The notes: generated by a model not told the origin, from the letters alone. A DNA stretch of 32,000 nucleotides from Promethearchaeota archaeon (GCA_030606485.1 JAUWGH010000005.1:30001-62000), one strand, 5' to 3'. Shown: positions 18,563-28,231, counted from the stretch's first letter. Program-made: numbers and translations.

Positions 18563-18823
18563 TTACTGCGCCAGATTTAAAAATACGATATTATCTCCTC
18601 TTATTACAATCCGGCCAAGATTTTCATTCTCTTCCCTTATATTCCCATCATCATCCTGATACTCAAATATCTGAGTTGCTTCCTCCAAAAAAAGGTTTAA
18701 GTGCTCATCATAACCCTTCAATTTTGCGCGAAAAAGTCTATTTTTTTTAACCTTTATTAGTATAACTTTATCAATACTACCTCTTAAAAAATCAAGGGGT
18801 TTATGTTGTTGGCGGCTGTGCAT
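18563..18823 (-). CDS. Sm-like (Lsm/SmAP) RNA-binding protein
   Basis: Sm1 motif PLDFL...LKGYDEHLNLFLEEA and Sm2 motif LGRIVIRGDNIVFL. Confidence 0.93.
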   Translation of the reverse strand: MHSRQQHKPLDFLRGSIDKVILIKVKKNRLFRAKLKGYDEHLNLFLEEATQIFEYQDDDGNIREENENLGRIVIRGDNIVFLNLAQ

Positions 18824-19147
18824 CCTTTTTAAATACCTATCTCTTTAAAAAAAATTTTAATCCTATTTTATTTTAAAATTATACTAATTAAAACCTTTTG
18901 TAAATTTATGGATCTTAAATAATATATAAAAAGAAGAATTGGTATAAAATTAGGTTTTAATAGAAAAAATTAACTTTTATAGTGACTATTGATAAAATTA
19001 GTAATATAAAATGATTTATTGCACTGTAAAAAATTTAAAGAAAAAAATTTTAGTAATAAGGCTATTAAAATTGACAGAAAATATTACTATAATATTTGCA
19101 ACTTAGTAAAGCCAAATTAATATTGAATTTATTTGGTGAATATAAAA

Positions 19148-19239
19148 GGACCCGTCGCGAAGCCCGGATCTCGCACCACCCTCCTAAGATGATCTTCGGG
19201 GTAAGGTGGTTTACGGGGGTTCAAATCCCTCCGGGTCCG
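19148..19239 (+). tRNA. tRNA-Arg(CCU) with a 17-nt canonical 37/38 intron (19187-19203)
   Basis: GGACCCG-TC-GCGA AGCCCGGATC TCGC-A-CCACC CTCCTA[AGATGATCTTCGGGGTA]A GGTGG-TTTAC-GGGGG TTCAAAT CCCTC-CGGGTCC-G. BHB helix CTCC/GGGG with TAA bulges; A20 Arg identity element present. Confidence 0.92.
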
Positions 19240-19801
19240 CTAAAAATCTTTTTTTTTCTTAAAAAATTTGTCGGATTCTTAAATAAAAATTTTAGAATAT
19301 GAAAAAAATCTGAGATTTTATTGCTATTTTTATAGTTAGCGCAAAAATAATAGAGTAATTAAAGTTTAATATTATTTAAAAATAAGATTGGGGTTCTTAT
19401 AGCTTTTCACTTTATAGAAAATCTATTATCTTATTAAATTTTAATGCTTATGCTGCTCATTTATCATAAGAAAGAATTATTATTGCATCGTATCACCTCC
19501 GAGGAGCTCCCTCAATTGTGGAAAAGAATTCCCAAATCGGGAAAATAAAATGGAAAGCATTCCCAAATACTCCTGTAGTGGATGGGATAGAGGCTATCGG
19601 ACTGTAGCCACAAGTAGTTTATCAAGATATAATTGATAATATTATTTGAAATAAAATGAGTACAGTTTTACTTGTTTTAATGGTCTAATTCCTTGTAAAT
19701 AAAAATAAAATTCCCATATTATAGAAATTTTAACTGAAATAGAATTTAAAAATAAAAAGTCTCGTAAAAAAATAGAGTAAAATCAAAGAGGAGATAAATA
19801 A

Positions 19802-21112
19802 ATGTTGGGACTTAGTATTATAATAACATTTATTTTAAGTGGACTTATTTTCTTTTTAATATATTTTTGTCGCAAAAAATGGTGTAAAAATAGCAATAGA
19901 GGTATTTGTACGGATTTAAAATTTATTGGAAAATTTGCTAAGGTAAAAAAAAATTTAGCAATTGTTTTAATTATATTTATTGGTGCAAGTATAATTTGCT
20001 GTTGTCATAATATTAGTAATCGCTTTGCTTTCTTAAGAATGGACATTTCTGGTCATTCAGAATGGCGTGATTCAAACGGACAAATGTATTTATATGTTGA
20101 AGCTGATAATCATTATGATTTGGGTTATCAAACAGGCTATGCTCTTTCATATAAAATCTTAGCTATGAAAGCTCTACTGTTAATATCTTCAAGTTCTTAT
20201 GGATTGTCTTATTTTGATATTGAAAAAATATGCAACGAGTATGATTCTTATATCCCAGAAAATTATAAACAAGAAATACTGGGAATGAGTGAGGGGGCTA
20301 CCGCAGGGTGTGGTTTTTTGATTTCCTATACGGATATATTAGTTCAATCAGTATTTATTGAAGCTTTATATGGTAGACACATTCCTTCTGAATTATCAAT
20401 TATGTCTGATTTCGGTTGCACAGCACTTGGAGCTATAAATAACGATGGAAGCATTCTTGTGGGTCAGAATATGGATCTTATTAAACCTATGGGCTCACTC
20501 CAATCATTTGTGTTACATAAGTTAGGAAACGACCCATTGGTTTTTACCCATCGTTTAGGGGGGGGAACTTCACCCATGGGAAAAAACGAATATGGATTAG
20601 TATTAACCGTTAATTTGGTGCAAACAAAAGAAGTTGCTCCCTATACGATTCCAACTTTTGTTTTAGTTCGGGAGGGTCTGGTAAAAGAAAAAAGTATTGA
20701 GGGGCTATATAATACCCTTTTTCCAAATAATTCAAGTTCATATAGTCATAATTTCATAATTGCAAACAGTAGTTCAATACTCGCAGTACAGTCTTTACCT
20801 CACAACCAAACAAAAACATATCCAACTAACACAATTGTATTTACTAATACCTTTTTAAATCCATTTTGGCAAGATACTCTATTAGATCCTCAATATTCAA
20901 AAGAAAGGCAATCATATGCAGAGGCACTACTATTAGAAGCTTATGAAGATAATAAATTAACAGAAGAGGAGCTAATTAAAATTTTAGGAGATGAACCCAT
21001 AATATGTCGAAATGAAAATGGATTTTTTTCTATGGGAACCATTAGTTTTATGACTTATAACTCATTTGGTATCGGAACACCCAATGGCAATAGGGGTTCA
21101 ATTCCAATTTAG
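19802..21112 (+). CDS. C45 family Ntn-hydrolase (cysteine nucleophile) with two N-terminal transmembrane segments
   Basis: HYDLGYQTG, YKQEILGMSEGA, FGCTALG...LVGQNMD, MGKNEYGL and REGL; hydrophobic residues 3-22 and about 52-68. Confidence 0.8.
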   Translation: MLGLSIIITFILSGLIFFLIYFCRKKWCKNSNRGICTDLKFIGKFAKVKKNLAIVLIIFIGASIICCCHNISNRFAFLRMDISGHSEWRDSNGQMYLYVEADNHYDLGYQTGYALSYKILAMKALLLISSSSYGLSYFDIEKICNEYDSYIPENYKQEILGMSEGATAGCGFLISYTDILVQSVFIEALYGRHIPSELSIMSDFGCTALGAINNDGSILVGQNMDLIKPMGSLQSFVLHKLGNDPLVFTHRLGGGTSPMGKNEYGLVLTVNLVQTKEVAPYTIPTFVLVREGLVKEKSIEGLYNTLFPNNSSSYSHNFIIANSSSILAVQSLPHNQTKTYPTNTIVFTNTFLNPFWQDTLLDPQYSKERQSYAEALLLEAYEDNKLTEEELIKILGDEPIICRNENGFFSMGTISFMTYNSFGIGTPNGNRGSIPI

Positions 21113-21207
21113 ATTGTACTTAATCTTTTTAATTTATTTAATCATAAAGTTGCAAAATCTTATTACAGTTTGCTTATATTTATAACGCTTATTTAAATTT
21201 AGATCCT

Positions 21208-21738
21208 ATGGATCTATGGAAAAATATTCCATCTGGAGATAGCCCTCCAGAAATTTTAAATGCTGTTATAGAAGTCATCAGTGGATCTCGAGACAAATAT
21301 GAATATAAAAATGAATGGGAAACCTTTGTTCTAGACAGAGTAATTCCATCATCAGTGGTTTTCCCTATTGAATATGGGTTTATACCTCAAACATGGTCTG
21401 AAGATAACGATCCGCTTGATATAATGGTATTAAGTTATGAACCGCTTGAAGTTGGATGTGTTGTTAGGGTAAAAGTTATCGGCGCTTTAATAATGGAAGA
21501 TGAGCATGGTGATGATCCCAAAATATTATCTGTTCTTGTAAATGATGCGAGATTTGAAGGTTTTATAGATATAAATGATGTCCATAAACATAAATTAAAA
21601 GAAATACAAGAGTTTTATGAAACTTACAAAAGACTAGAGCCACATAAATTTGTAAAATTTAAAGAATGGCGAAATGCCGCAGAAGCAAAAAGGATAGTAG
21701 ATTATTCAATTAAGCGATTTGAAGAATTAAATTTATAA
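21208..21738 (+). CDS. ppa: Soluble inorganic pyrophosphatase (family I)
   Basis: IEVISGSRDKYEY, LDRV, YGFIPQTWSEDNDPLDIMV, MEDEHGDDPKILSV and FYETYKRLE. Confidence 0.95.
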   Translation: MDLWKNIPSGDSPPEILNAVIEVISGSRDKYEYKNEWETFVLDRVIPSSVVFPIEYGFIPQTWSEDNDPLDIMVLSYEPLEVGCVVRVKVIGALIMEDEHGDDPKILSVLVNDARFEGFIDINDVHKHKLKEIQEFYETYKRLEPHKFVKFKEWRNAAEAKRIVDYSIKRFEELNL

Positions 21739-21758
21739 TAGGCATAAATATATCGAAA

Positions 21759-22616
21759 ATGGGAAAAAATAATAACTCAAAATATATATCAATAATTATA
21801 TTCTCTCCATTTGGAAATACATTAAAAATTGGAGAATATATACAAAAAATTCTTACTGAATCTAATCAGCAGTGTAAATTATTTAATTTAACTGGAAAAT
21901 CATGGCAGGAGATCTCATCTTTTAAATATTCTTTGATTGAAAAGAGTGATTTACTTGTAATTGGATCAGCAGTTTACGCCTGGAAAGTTGTAAAACCAAT
22001 TAAAATGTTTATTGATAATCTTCCAATAAATAAAAACGGAAAGGCAGTATTTTTTACAACTTATGGATTAATTACCGGCTATACTCTTTTCAATGGAGCC
22101 AATTTATTACGCAAAAAAGGTTATAAAGTTCTTGCTTGCTTAAAAGTTCCTGCTCGACATTCAATGATATTCAAGAAAGAAGATGATATTTATTTGAATC
22201 GACCAAATCAACAAGATATGAAAAAAATCTCGAAATTTTCAAAACTTATTATAAAATTATTAAATAAATTTCCAAATTGGGAATTATCTTTTAAAAAATT
22301 AGATTATCATTCATGGAAAGTTAAATTGTTGTATAAGTTTATGATAAAACGATTTGGTATGGCTCTCCTTCCAAGCACTTATTTCAATCATAAGAAATGC
22401 ATAAAGTGCGGTAAATGTGCAAAAGCTTGTTCTGTTCAAATTATTAAATTAGTCCCCTATCCTAAGAAATTCGGACATTGTATTAAATGTTATAATTGTG
22501 TGTGGTCTTGCCCCGTAGATGCCGTTAAATCTCGAACATTTTGGATTTTTCATTTTTTTCACAAATTTTTAGGATATATTTATCACGAGATTCCAGAAAC
22601 TAAGATATATGTATAA
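21759..22616 (+). CDS. Flavodoxin-ferredoxin fusion (EFR1-like)
   Basis: Flavodoxin FSPFGNT, GSAVYAW, FFTTYG plus two CxxCxxCxxxC motifs (CIKCGKCAKACS and CIKCYNCVWSCP). Confidence 0.85.
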   Translation: MGKNNNSKYISIIIFSPFGNTLKIGEYIQKILTESNQQCKLFNLTGKSWQEISSFKYSLIEKSDLLVIGSAVYAWKVVKPIKMFIDNLPINKNGKAVFFTTYGLITGYTLFNGANLLRKKGYKVLACLKVPARHSMIFKKEDDIYLNRPNQQDMKKISKFSKLIIKLLNKFPNWELSFKKLDYHSWKVKLLYKFMIKRFGMALLPSTYFNHKKCIKCGKCAKACSVQIIKLVPYPKKFGHCIKCYNCVWSCPVDAVKSRTFWIFHFFHKFLGYIYHEIPETKIYV

Positions 22617-22847
22617 ATATCGCATATTCATTCAAATCTAGAGTTTTTTAAAAAAAATCTGCAAAATTTTATTTTCATTTTTTTTATCTAATTATTTTAT
22701 TTAAAGCAACTTGGCTCTAATATGATTTCTTTTTAAATGTGCTATTTTTTAAATCAATTGGAAAAAATAGACAACTTAAAGATAATAAGACGAAAAATTT
22801 TAATAAAAAAAAAATTTTAAAAATAAAATTTTATAGAGAAATCATCA

Positions 22848-23177
22848 TTAGGGTGCCGTTAATCCAACTAATGGCATAGCTTCAACTAGATCATAAGCTA
22901 TATTGATTCGATAGCGAAATCCTTCGATGGGTGACATCATTAGCAGGCGATTAGAAGCTATATCCATAGCTTCTTTAACTTTTCCTGGTTGAACAGAATA
23001 TATGGTAATACTATGCATACCCTCTTGAACTGCCCATACCGCTGAGGGTACAACCGGCTTAGATATGGTTCTATCGTCAGGATATTTTTGCATTGCTTCG
23101 AGATATATTTTTCCGATTTCCTCTGATTTATTTGGAGGCCACCAATGTTCTGTTATAATTAATACCAACTTTCTCAA
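22848..23177 (-). CDS. Hypothetical 109-aa protein
   Basis: Clean ORF with TTG start after AAGGA and plausible composition (EHWWPP...KYPDD); no family recognised. Confidence 0.7.
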   Translation of the reverse strand: MRKLVLIITEHWWPPNKSEEIGKIYLEAMQKYPDDRTISKPVVPSAVWAVQEGMHSITIYSVQPGKVKEAMDIASNRLLMMSPIEGFRYRINIAYDLVEAMPLVGLTAP

Positions 23178-23280
23178 TTCCTTAATTTTTTTTTAAAAAT
23201 CTGGATTACAATGGTGATTAAAAAATATTATAATTAAATATTTATATTTTACTTACGTTTTGTATTTTTTTATAAAGTTT

Positions 23281-23448
23281 ATGCGTAATAAGAATATTAA
23301 AGTTAAAATTGAGCATGGACATGCCTCCCAGAGATCAGACGATTATTCTTCGACAGCGTATTGGTATCAGAAAGAACCACATAAAAAATTTAAGCAACTC
23401 TTACCAGTGATTGAGAGATTACCTAAAGATGAGCCAAAAGAGTTATAA
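23281..23448 (+). pseudogene. C-terminal remnant of a DUF2961/GH172 protein (copy 1, frame intact, 55 codons from ATG)
   Basis: IKVKIEHGHASQRSDDYSSTAYWYQKEPHKKF..LLP..ERLP matches the recalled DUF2961 C-terminus; the rest of the gene is absent. Confidence 0.7.
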
Positions 23449-23462
23449 TAATCAATATACTT

Positions 23463-24872
23463 TCAGATTTTATGAAAATAATACCTATCAAATGTTAGGT
23501 GTATTTTATCTGTTTTTTCATCAATAAAAAATTGAACCTTTATTTTTCGATTTGGATATGCAACTGGAACGTAAAATTTTAATTCTTCTAAATTTTCAGG
23601 AGCTAATGGTAAATTTCTTGGTTTAGGTTCAATAGGATCTTTAATTTTTGCAAAAAGAACACCATTATCAAGTGAAATATCCATAGTTTGCAATTCTTTG
23701 TAGATTTTATATTTTCCTGTTAATGACTTTAATTTTTTATGAATATTTATTAATGGAGCGGCTTCATCAAAATCTTTATCTAAAAGAATTGCGAGAAAAA
23801 TACGAGCAATTGACCCTAGAACAATTGATGCATCACTATTAGCTCCAATAATAACACCAATCTTTTGGTCTGGAATGATAGCTAAAAATGCAGTAGAAGT
23901 TCCTACATTTCCGCCATGTTGTAATAATTTATATCCAAGAAAGTTTTTTTCTATAATCCAACCATAGCCATACCAAGAATCTCCCACACCATAACTAGTT
24001 TCTTCCGGGATTTTTATATAAGGAGTCCACATTTTCTCTAATGAGGATTTTTGAATGATTTGTGATTGGTTAAATTTTCCTCCATTAATTAGAGCAATAA
24101 TATAATTTTGTATTTCTCTTACTGTGCTTAATAACCCTCCAGGTGCATACACAATCTTATCAAATGGATGCATAGCATCTTTAACGAGTTTATCATCATC
24201 AGAGGGGAGGTATCCAGTTAAAACATCATCTTCTTTTTCAAAATTCTGCTTTAAATAGGTTGATCTATTCATTTCAAGCGGTTTTAGAATATTTTCTTTA
24301 ATATAATCTTCGAATTTCATATTGGTAATTTTTTTAACAATCAATCCAAGGCATGTAAACATATCATTATTATAGAAGAAGTATTTTCCTGGCGAACCGA
24401 ATATTTCTGTATTTGCATTATTAATATGAAGCAAAAAATCATCCCAACTACTCATAGGAATGATTGGATCTAAAGATCCTAATTGTCGTATTAATGCAAC
24501 TACATTACCATCAAGTTCAGGAATTCCTGCAGAATGAGAAAATATATGAAAAATCTTTATGGGGTTGTTCTTTTTACCTAATTTGAAATTTAAATACTTA
24601 CCTACAGGATCTTGTATATCAATTTTCTCTTGTTCATAGAGTTGCATTACTGCCAAAGTTGTAAAAGATTTTGAAATAGACCCAATTCCAAATAGAGTAT
24701 CTGGAGTAAAAGGAAGGTTTTTTTCTAAGTTTCTTGCACCAAATCCTTTAGCATATATAGATTTTCCATCTTTTACAACTCCAATGGAAAGACCAGGAAT
24801 TTTAAATTCTCTCATTATCTCGACTATTATTTGTTCAACTTCCTCAAATTGAGTTTCGCTCATATTTCTCAC
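23463..24872 (-). CDS. Serine hydrolase, beta-lactamase class C / D-aminopeptidase-like (S12) with C-terminal domain
   Basis: FGIGSISKSFT (SxxK), FFYNND (YxN), APGGLLST and LQHGGN; GTG start at 24872 or ATG at 24863. Confidence 0.9.
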   Translation of the reverse strand: MRNMSETQFEEVEQIIVEIMREFKIPGLSIGVVKDGKSIYAKGFGARNLEKNLPFTPDTLFGIGSISKSFTTLAVMQLYEQEKIDIQDPVGKYLNFKLGKKNNPIKIFHIFSHSAGIPELDGNVVALIRQLGSLDPIIPMSSWDDFLLHINNANTEIFGSPGKYFFYNNDMFTCLGLIVKKITNMKFEDYIKENILKPLEMNRSTYLKQNFEKEDDVLTGYLPSDDDKLVKDAMHPFDKIVYAPGGLLSTVREIQNYIIALINGGKFNQSQIIQKSSLEKMWTPYIKIPEETSYGVGDSWYGYGWIIEKNFLGYKLLQHGGNVGTSTAFLAIIPDQKIGVIIGANSDASIVLGSIARIFLAILLDKDFDEAAPLINIHKKLKSLTGKYKIYKELQTMDISLDNGVLFAKIKDPIEPKPRNLPLAPENLEELKFYVPVAYPNRKIKVQFFIDEKTDKIHLTFDRYYFHKI

Positions 24873-24971
24873 ATTTAAAAAATAACCTACATAATAATAA
24901 GTCGAGAATATTTTTTTATTATTTGATTTTAATAGAAAAAAATTAAATTATTGTTAGAATTATTGTTAAAA

Positions 24972-26099
24972 ATGAATCCAAATAATTCTTTAAAAATAAA
25001 TAGTGTTGATCTCTTTAAACTCAATATTCCTATGAAATTTCCGTTCAAAATCTCATTAGGCACGAGTTATGAAGCAAATAATGTGTTAGTTCGAATTAAT
25101 ACAAATAAGGATATTTATGGACTTGGAGAAGCATGTTCCTCATTAAGAATTACTGGTGATACTCAAAACACTGTTTATGAAGCAGGAATATTGATAGCTA
25201 AAGTTATTAAGGGTAAAGATCCATTAGCAATAGATACTCGTATGAAAGAAATTAATCAAACTATTGTTAAACAAACTCAAATTAAATCAGCATTTAATAT
25301 TGCGCTTTATGATATTTTAGGTAAAGCAACAGGAGTTCCTCTTTATGTTATATTAGGTGGCGAAAAACGAGATATCTTCACAGATTACACAATCGGCATT
25401 CAAGAAAATCTGGAGACTGCCATTAATGAAGTTAAAAATAGTATTGATATGGGTTTTTCAGCGATAAAGTTGAAAGTTGGATTAAATAAAAGGATGGATA
25501 TAGAACTAATTAAGAAAATAAGAGAAGAAGTAAATAAAGATATTTCAATTCGAATTGATACAAACCAAGGTTGGGATTTAACAACGGCTATAGAGGTTCT
25601 TAAAGCAATGAAACCTTATAACCTAGAATATGCTGAGCAACCTCTTGCATACTGGGATTATGAAAATATGCGTCGATTAAGGGAAATGGAAATAGCTCCA
25701 ATTTGTGCAGATGAATCTGTATTCGATCACCATGATGCATTTAAATTAGCTTCAATGGGAGCATGCGACTACTTAAATATTAAGCTGGGCAAATCTGGAG
25801 GTATTACTACTGCTCTTAAAATAAATGCTATCGCAGAAAGTTGTGGAATGAAATGTATGATCGGATGTTTTGGTGAATCTCGATTGGGGTTAACTGCAGC
25901 GGCTCACTTTGTAAGCGCTAATCCTAATGTAATTTTTGTTGACTTAGATTCTGCTTTAATGCATAAAGAGGACCCTGTTATAGGGGGAATTGAGTATAAT
26001 GTAAAAGATAATGGTAAAATTATTATTCCTGATTCTCCTGGTCATGGAGCAGATATTAAAGAAGAATTTCTTAAAAATTTAGAGAAAACAACAATTTAA
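24972..26099 (+). CDS. Dipeptide epimerase (L-Ala-D/L-Glu epimerase-like), enolase superfamily MLE subgroup
   Basis: IKLKVG (KxK), RIDTNQGW, EQP, ADES, NIKLGKSGG and the epimerase-type DLD motif. Confidence 0.88.
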   Translation: MNPNNSLKINSVDLFKLNIPMKFPFKISLGTSYEANNVLVRINTNKDIYGLGEACSSLRITGDTQNTVYEAGILIAKVIKGKDPLAIDTRMKEINQTIVKQTQIKSAFNIALYDILGKATGVPLYVILGGEKRDIFTDYTIGIQENLETAINEVKNSIDMGFSAIKLKVGLNKRMDIELIKKIREEVNKDISIRIDTNQGWDLTTAIEVLKAMKPYNLEYAEQPLAYWDYENMRRLREMEIAPICADESVFDHHDAFKLASMGACDYLNIKLGKSGGITTALKINAIAESCGMKCMIGCFGESRLGLTAAAHFVSANPNVIFVDLDSALMHKEDPVIGGIEYNVKDNGKIIIPDSPGHGADIKEEFLKNLEKTTI

Positions 26100-26373
26100 T
26101 GGATACTTCATCTCATATTTACTAGTAGATTAATACAAATCAAAAAAAGTTAAGAAATCTATTAAATTTAAATCAAATATTACTTAGAATTTTCTTGATT
26201 TTGTTATTATAATTTGAGAAAATTTATTAATTTCAGAAATTTCTTTAATAATTTTAAGTTTTTTTATAGTTTACTTAATAATTATGATTCTAATGAATTA
26301 TTTAAATTTTTTAAAAAACAGAATAAGATTATACCAAAATTAAAAAAATTATAATCAAACAAATGGTACAAAA

Positions 26374-28200
26374 ATGACAGATCCTAATGCTATTGAAAAT
26401 AATCCTTTTAAGGAATTAGGTGAAATTCCAGAGAAAAAATATCACGATGGTTATAAAATTAGCTCAACTTATATCCCAATGAGAGACGGAATAAAAATTG
26501 CATCCACCATTTGCCTTCCTAAAGGTTTGTCTTCTAGTGAAAAATTACCTACGTTATTGGTGCAAACACGGTATTGGAGAGCAATGGAACTTCGAATTCC
26601 TTTTAGATGGATTTTGGATGATGTAATATCCTCTACACCTAATCCAGAAATTTATACAAGTCGAGGTTATGCAATAGTTTATACAGATGTGAGAGGAACT
26701 GGTGCATCAGAAGGTACAAGACCACATCCTTGGTATATTGATGAAATCAAAGATGGAGCTGATGTTGTTGATTGGATTATTTCTCAACCATGGTCAGATG
26801 GAAATGTAGTTTCTAATGGAATATCGTATTCAGGTATTTGCTCAGAATTTTTTGCTTTAAATAATCATCCTGCTGTTAAGGCTATTATGCCGGGACATGC
26901 TATGTGGGATGCATATATAGATATTGCTTTTCCTGGAGGGTGTTATGATTGGAAATTTATGGAAATATGGTCTTTCTTTGGAAAAAATTTGGATAAAAAT
27001 AATCCTAAAGTTTTCAAGCAATTACTTCCTGTAGTTTGGTTAATTGCAAAAGGAGTTGAACCTGTTGATTCGGATAAAGACCTAAAAATTTTAATTGGGG
27101 CTTTGAATCAACATAAATCTAATAAATATGTTTATGAAATGACGCTTGATAAAAACTATAGAGATGAACCTCTCCCTGATGGTACTAAAATCATTGATAC
27201 ATGTATTTATCCACATAAAGAAGAGCTTGAAAAAACAAGAGTTCCTATTCTTGCTTGGTGTTCATGGCTTGATTCTGGTTATGTAGATGTAATTATACAT
27301 CGATTTGCCAATTTAGATAATCCCCAGATCGCTATTTTAGGTGATTGGAATCATGGAGCTAGTTATCCCGCAAATCAATTTTTTCCTGAAAGAGTGAAAG
27401 TAACTCCTTCTCCAAAAGAACGTATTAATGCTTGGATTAATTTTTTTGATAAATGCGTGAAAGGTAATGGTATACAAGGAAAAACACTTTATTATTATAC
27501 TATGGTGGAAGAAAAATGGAAAAAAACTATTTTATGGCCACCAAAGGGACAAAAAATGCAAAGATGGTACCTTTCGGAAAACAATTCATTATCAAGAACT
27601 TTACCTCAAATCAAATCTGGTGCAGATTCCTATAAAATAAATTTCCGCGCTACTACAGGGAGAAATAATCGTTGGTGGACTTTATTAGGCTTACCAATAA
27701 TCTATGAAAATAGAATAAAAATGGATGAAAAATTGCTTACTTTTACAAGCGAACCATTAGAAGAGGATTTGGAAATTACTGGACATAGTATTGTTAATAT
27801 ATACATTTCTTCAACTCATGAAGATAATGCTATATATGTATATTTAGAAGATATTGATGAAAAAGGAAATGTAACTTACATTAGTGATGGTCAACTTCGT
27901 GTTATCCATCGAAAAATTTCGACAGATAAACCGCCATATAAAATATTCATACCATATCATACATATAATAAGGAAGATGCTCAACCACTTACTCCTGGTG
28001 AGATTGCAGAATTAAAATTTGGACTACATGCAACTTCTGTTGTTATTCGTAAAAACCACAGAATTAGAATTGCTATTGCTGGTCATGATAAAGATACTTT
28101 TTATCGTTATCCCTCAAAAGGTAGACCAACAATTAAAATTGAAAGAAATGAGAAGTTTGCTTCCTATATTGACCTTCCTATAATTAAAAAAGAAATTTAA
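26374..28200 (+). CDS. CocE/NonD family (S15) serine hydrolase
   Basis: IPMRDGIKI, TRYW, DVRGTGASEG, GISYSG (Ser nucleophile), GDWNHG, and a C-terminal jelly-roll region (EITGH...DGQLR...HRIRIAI). Confidence 0.9.
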   Translation: MTDPNAIENNPFKELGEIPEKKYHDGYKISSTYIPMRDGIKIASTICLPKGLSSSEKLPTLLVQTRYWRAMELRIPFRWILDDVISSTPNPEIYTSRGYAIVYTDVRGTGASEGTRPHPWYIDEIKDGADVVDWIISQPWSDGNVVSNGISYSGICSEFFALNNHPAVKAIMPGHAMWDAYIDIAFPGGCYDWKFMEIWSFFGKNLDKNNPKVFKQLLPVVWLIAKGVEPVDSDKDLKILIGALNQHKSNKYVYEMTLDKNYRDEPLPDGTKIIDTCIYPHKEELEKTRVPILAWCSWLDSGYVDVIIHRFANLDNPQIAILGDWNHGASYPANQFFPERVKVTPSPKERINAWINFFDKCVKGNGIQGKTLYYYTMVEEKWKKTILWPPKGQKMQRWYLSENNSLSRTLPQIKSGADSYKINFRATTGRNNRWWTLLGLPIIYENRIKMDEKLLTFTSEPLEEDLEITGHSIVNIYISSTHEDNAIYVYLEDIDEKGNVTYISDGQLRVIHRKISTDKPPYKIFIPYHTYNKEDAQPLTPGEIAELKFGLHATSVVIRKNHRIRIAIAGHDKDTFYRYPSKGRPTIKIERNEKFASYIDLPIIKKEI

Positions 28201-28231
28201 TAATATCATTATCAAATGAAGTGATAAAAAA

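Noticed and set aside
19096-19302. 68-aa ORF from the track
   Set aside because: It overlaps the tRNA-Arg gene entirely and has no recognisable motif.
19519-19568. Possible mini-CRISPR from the ATTCCCAAAT repeats
   Set aside because: Only two short copies with a 13-nt gap and no cas genes; kept only as a palindrome pair.
19445-19639. Cys-containing open frame (VSPPRSSLNCGKEFPNRE...YSCSGWDR) faintly like a TnpB zinc finger
   Set aside because: It lacks paired CxxC motifs and the DRDxNAAxNI signature and has no start codon before most of it; the similarity is too weak to call.
22620-22845. A/T-run-rich intergenic stretches (also 18830-19140 and 26100-26370)
   Set aside because: Low-complexity promoter/terminator DNA typical of the window; I found no periodic repeat or GC-supported structure.
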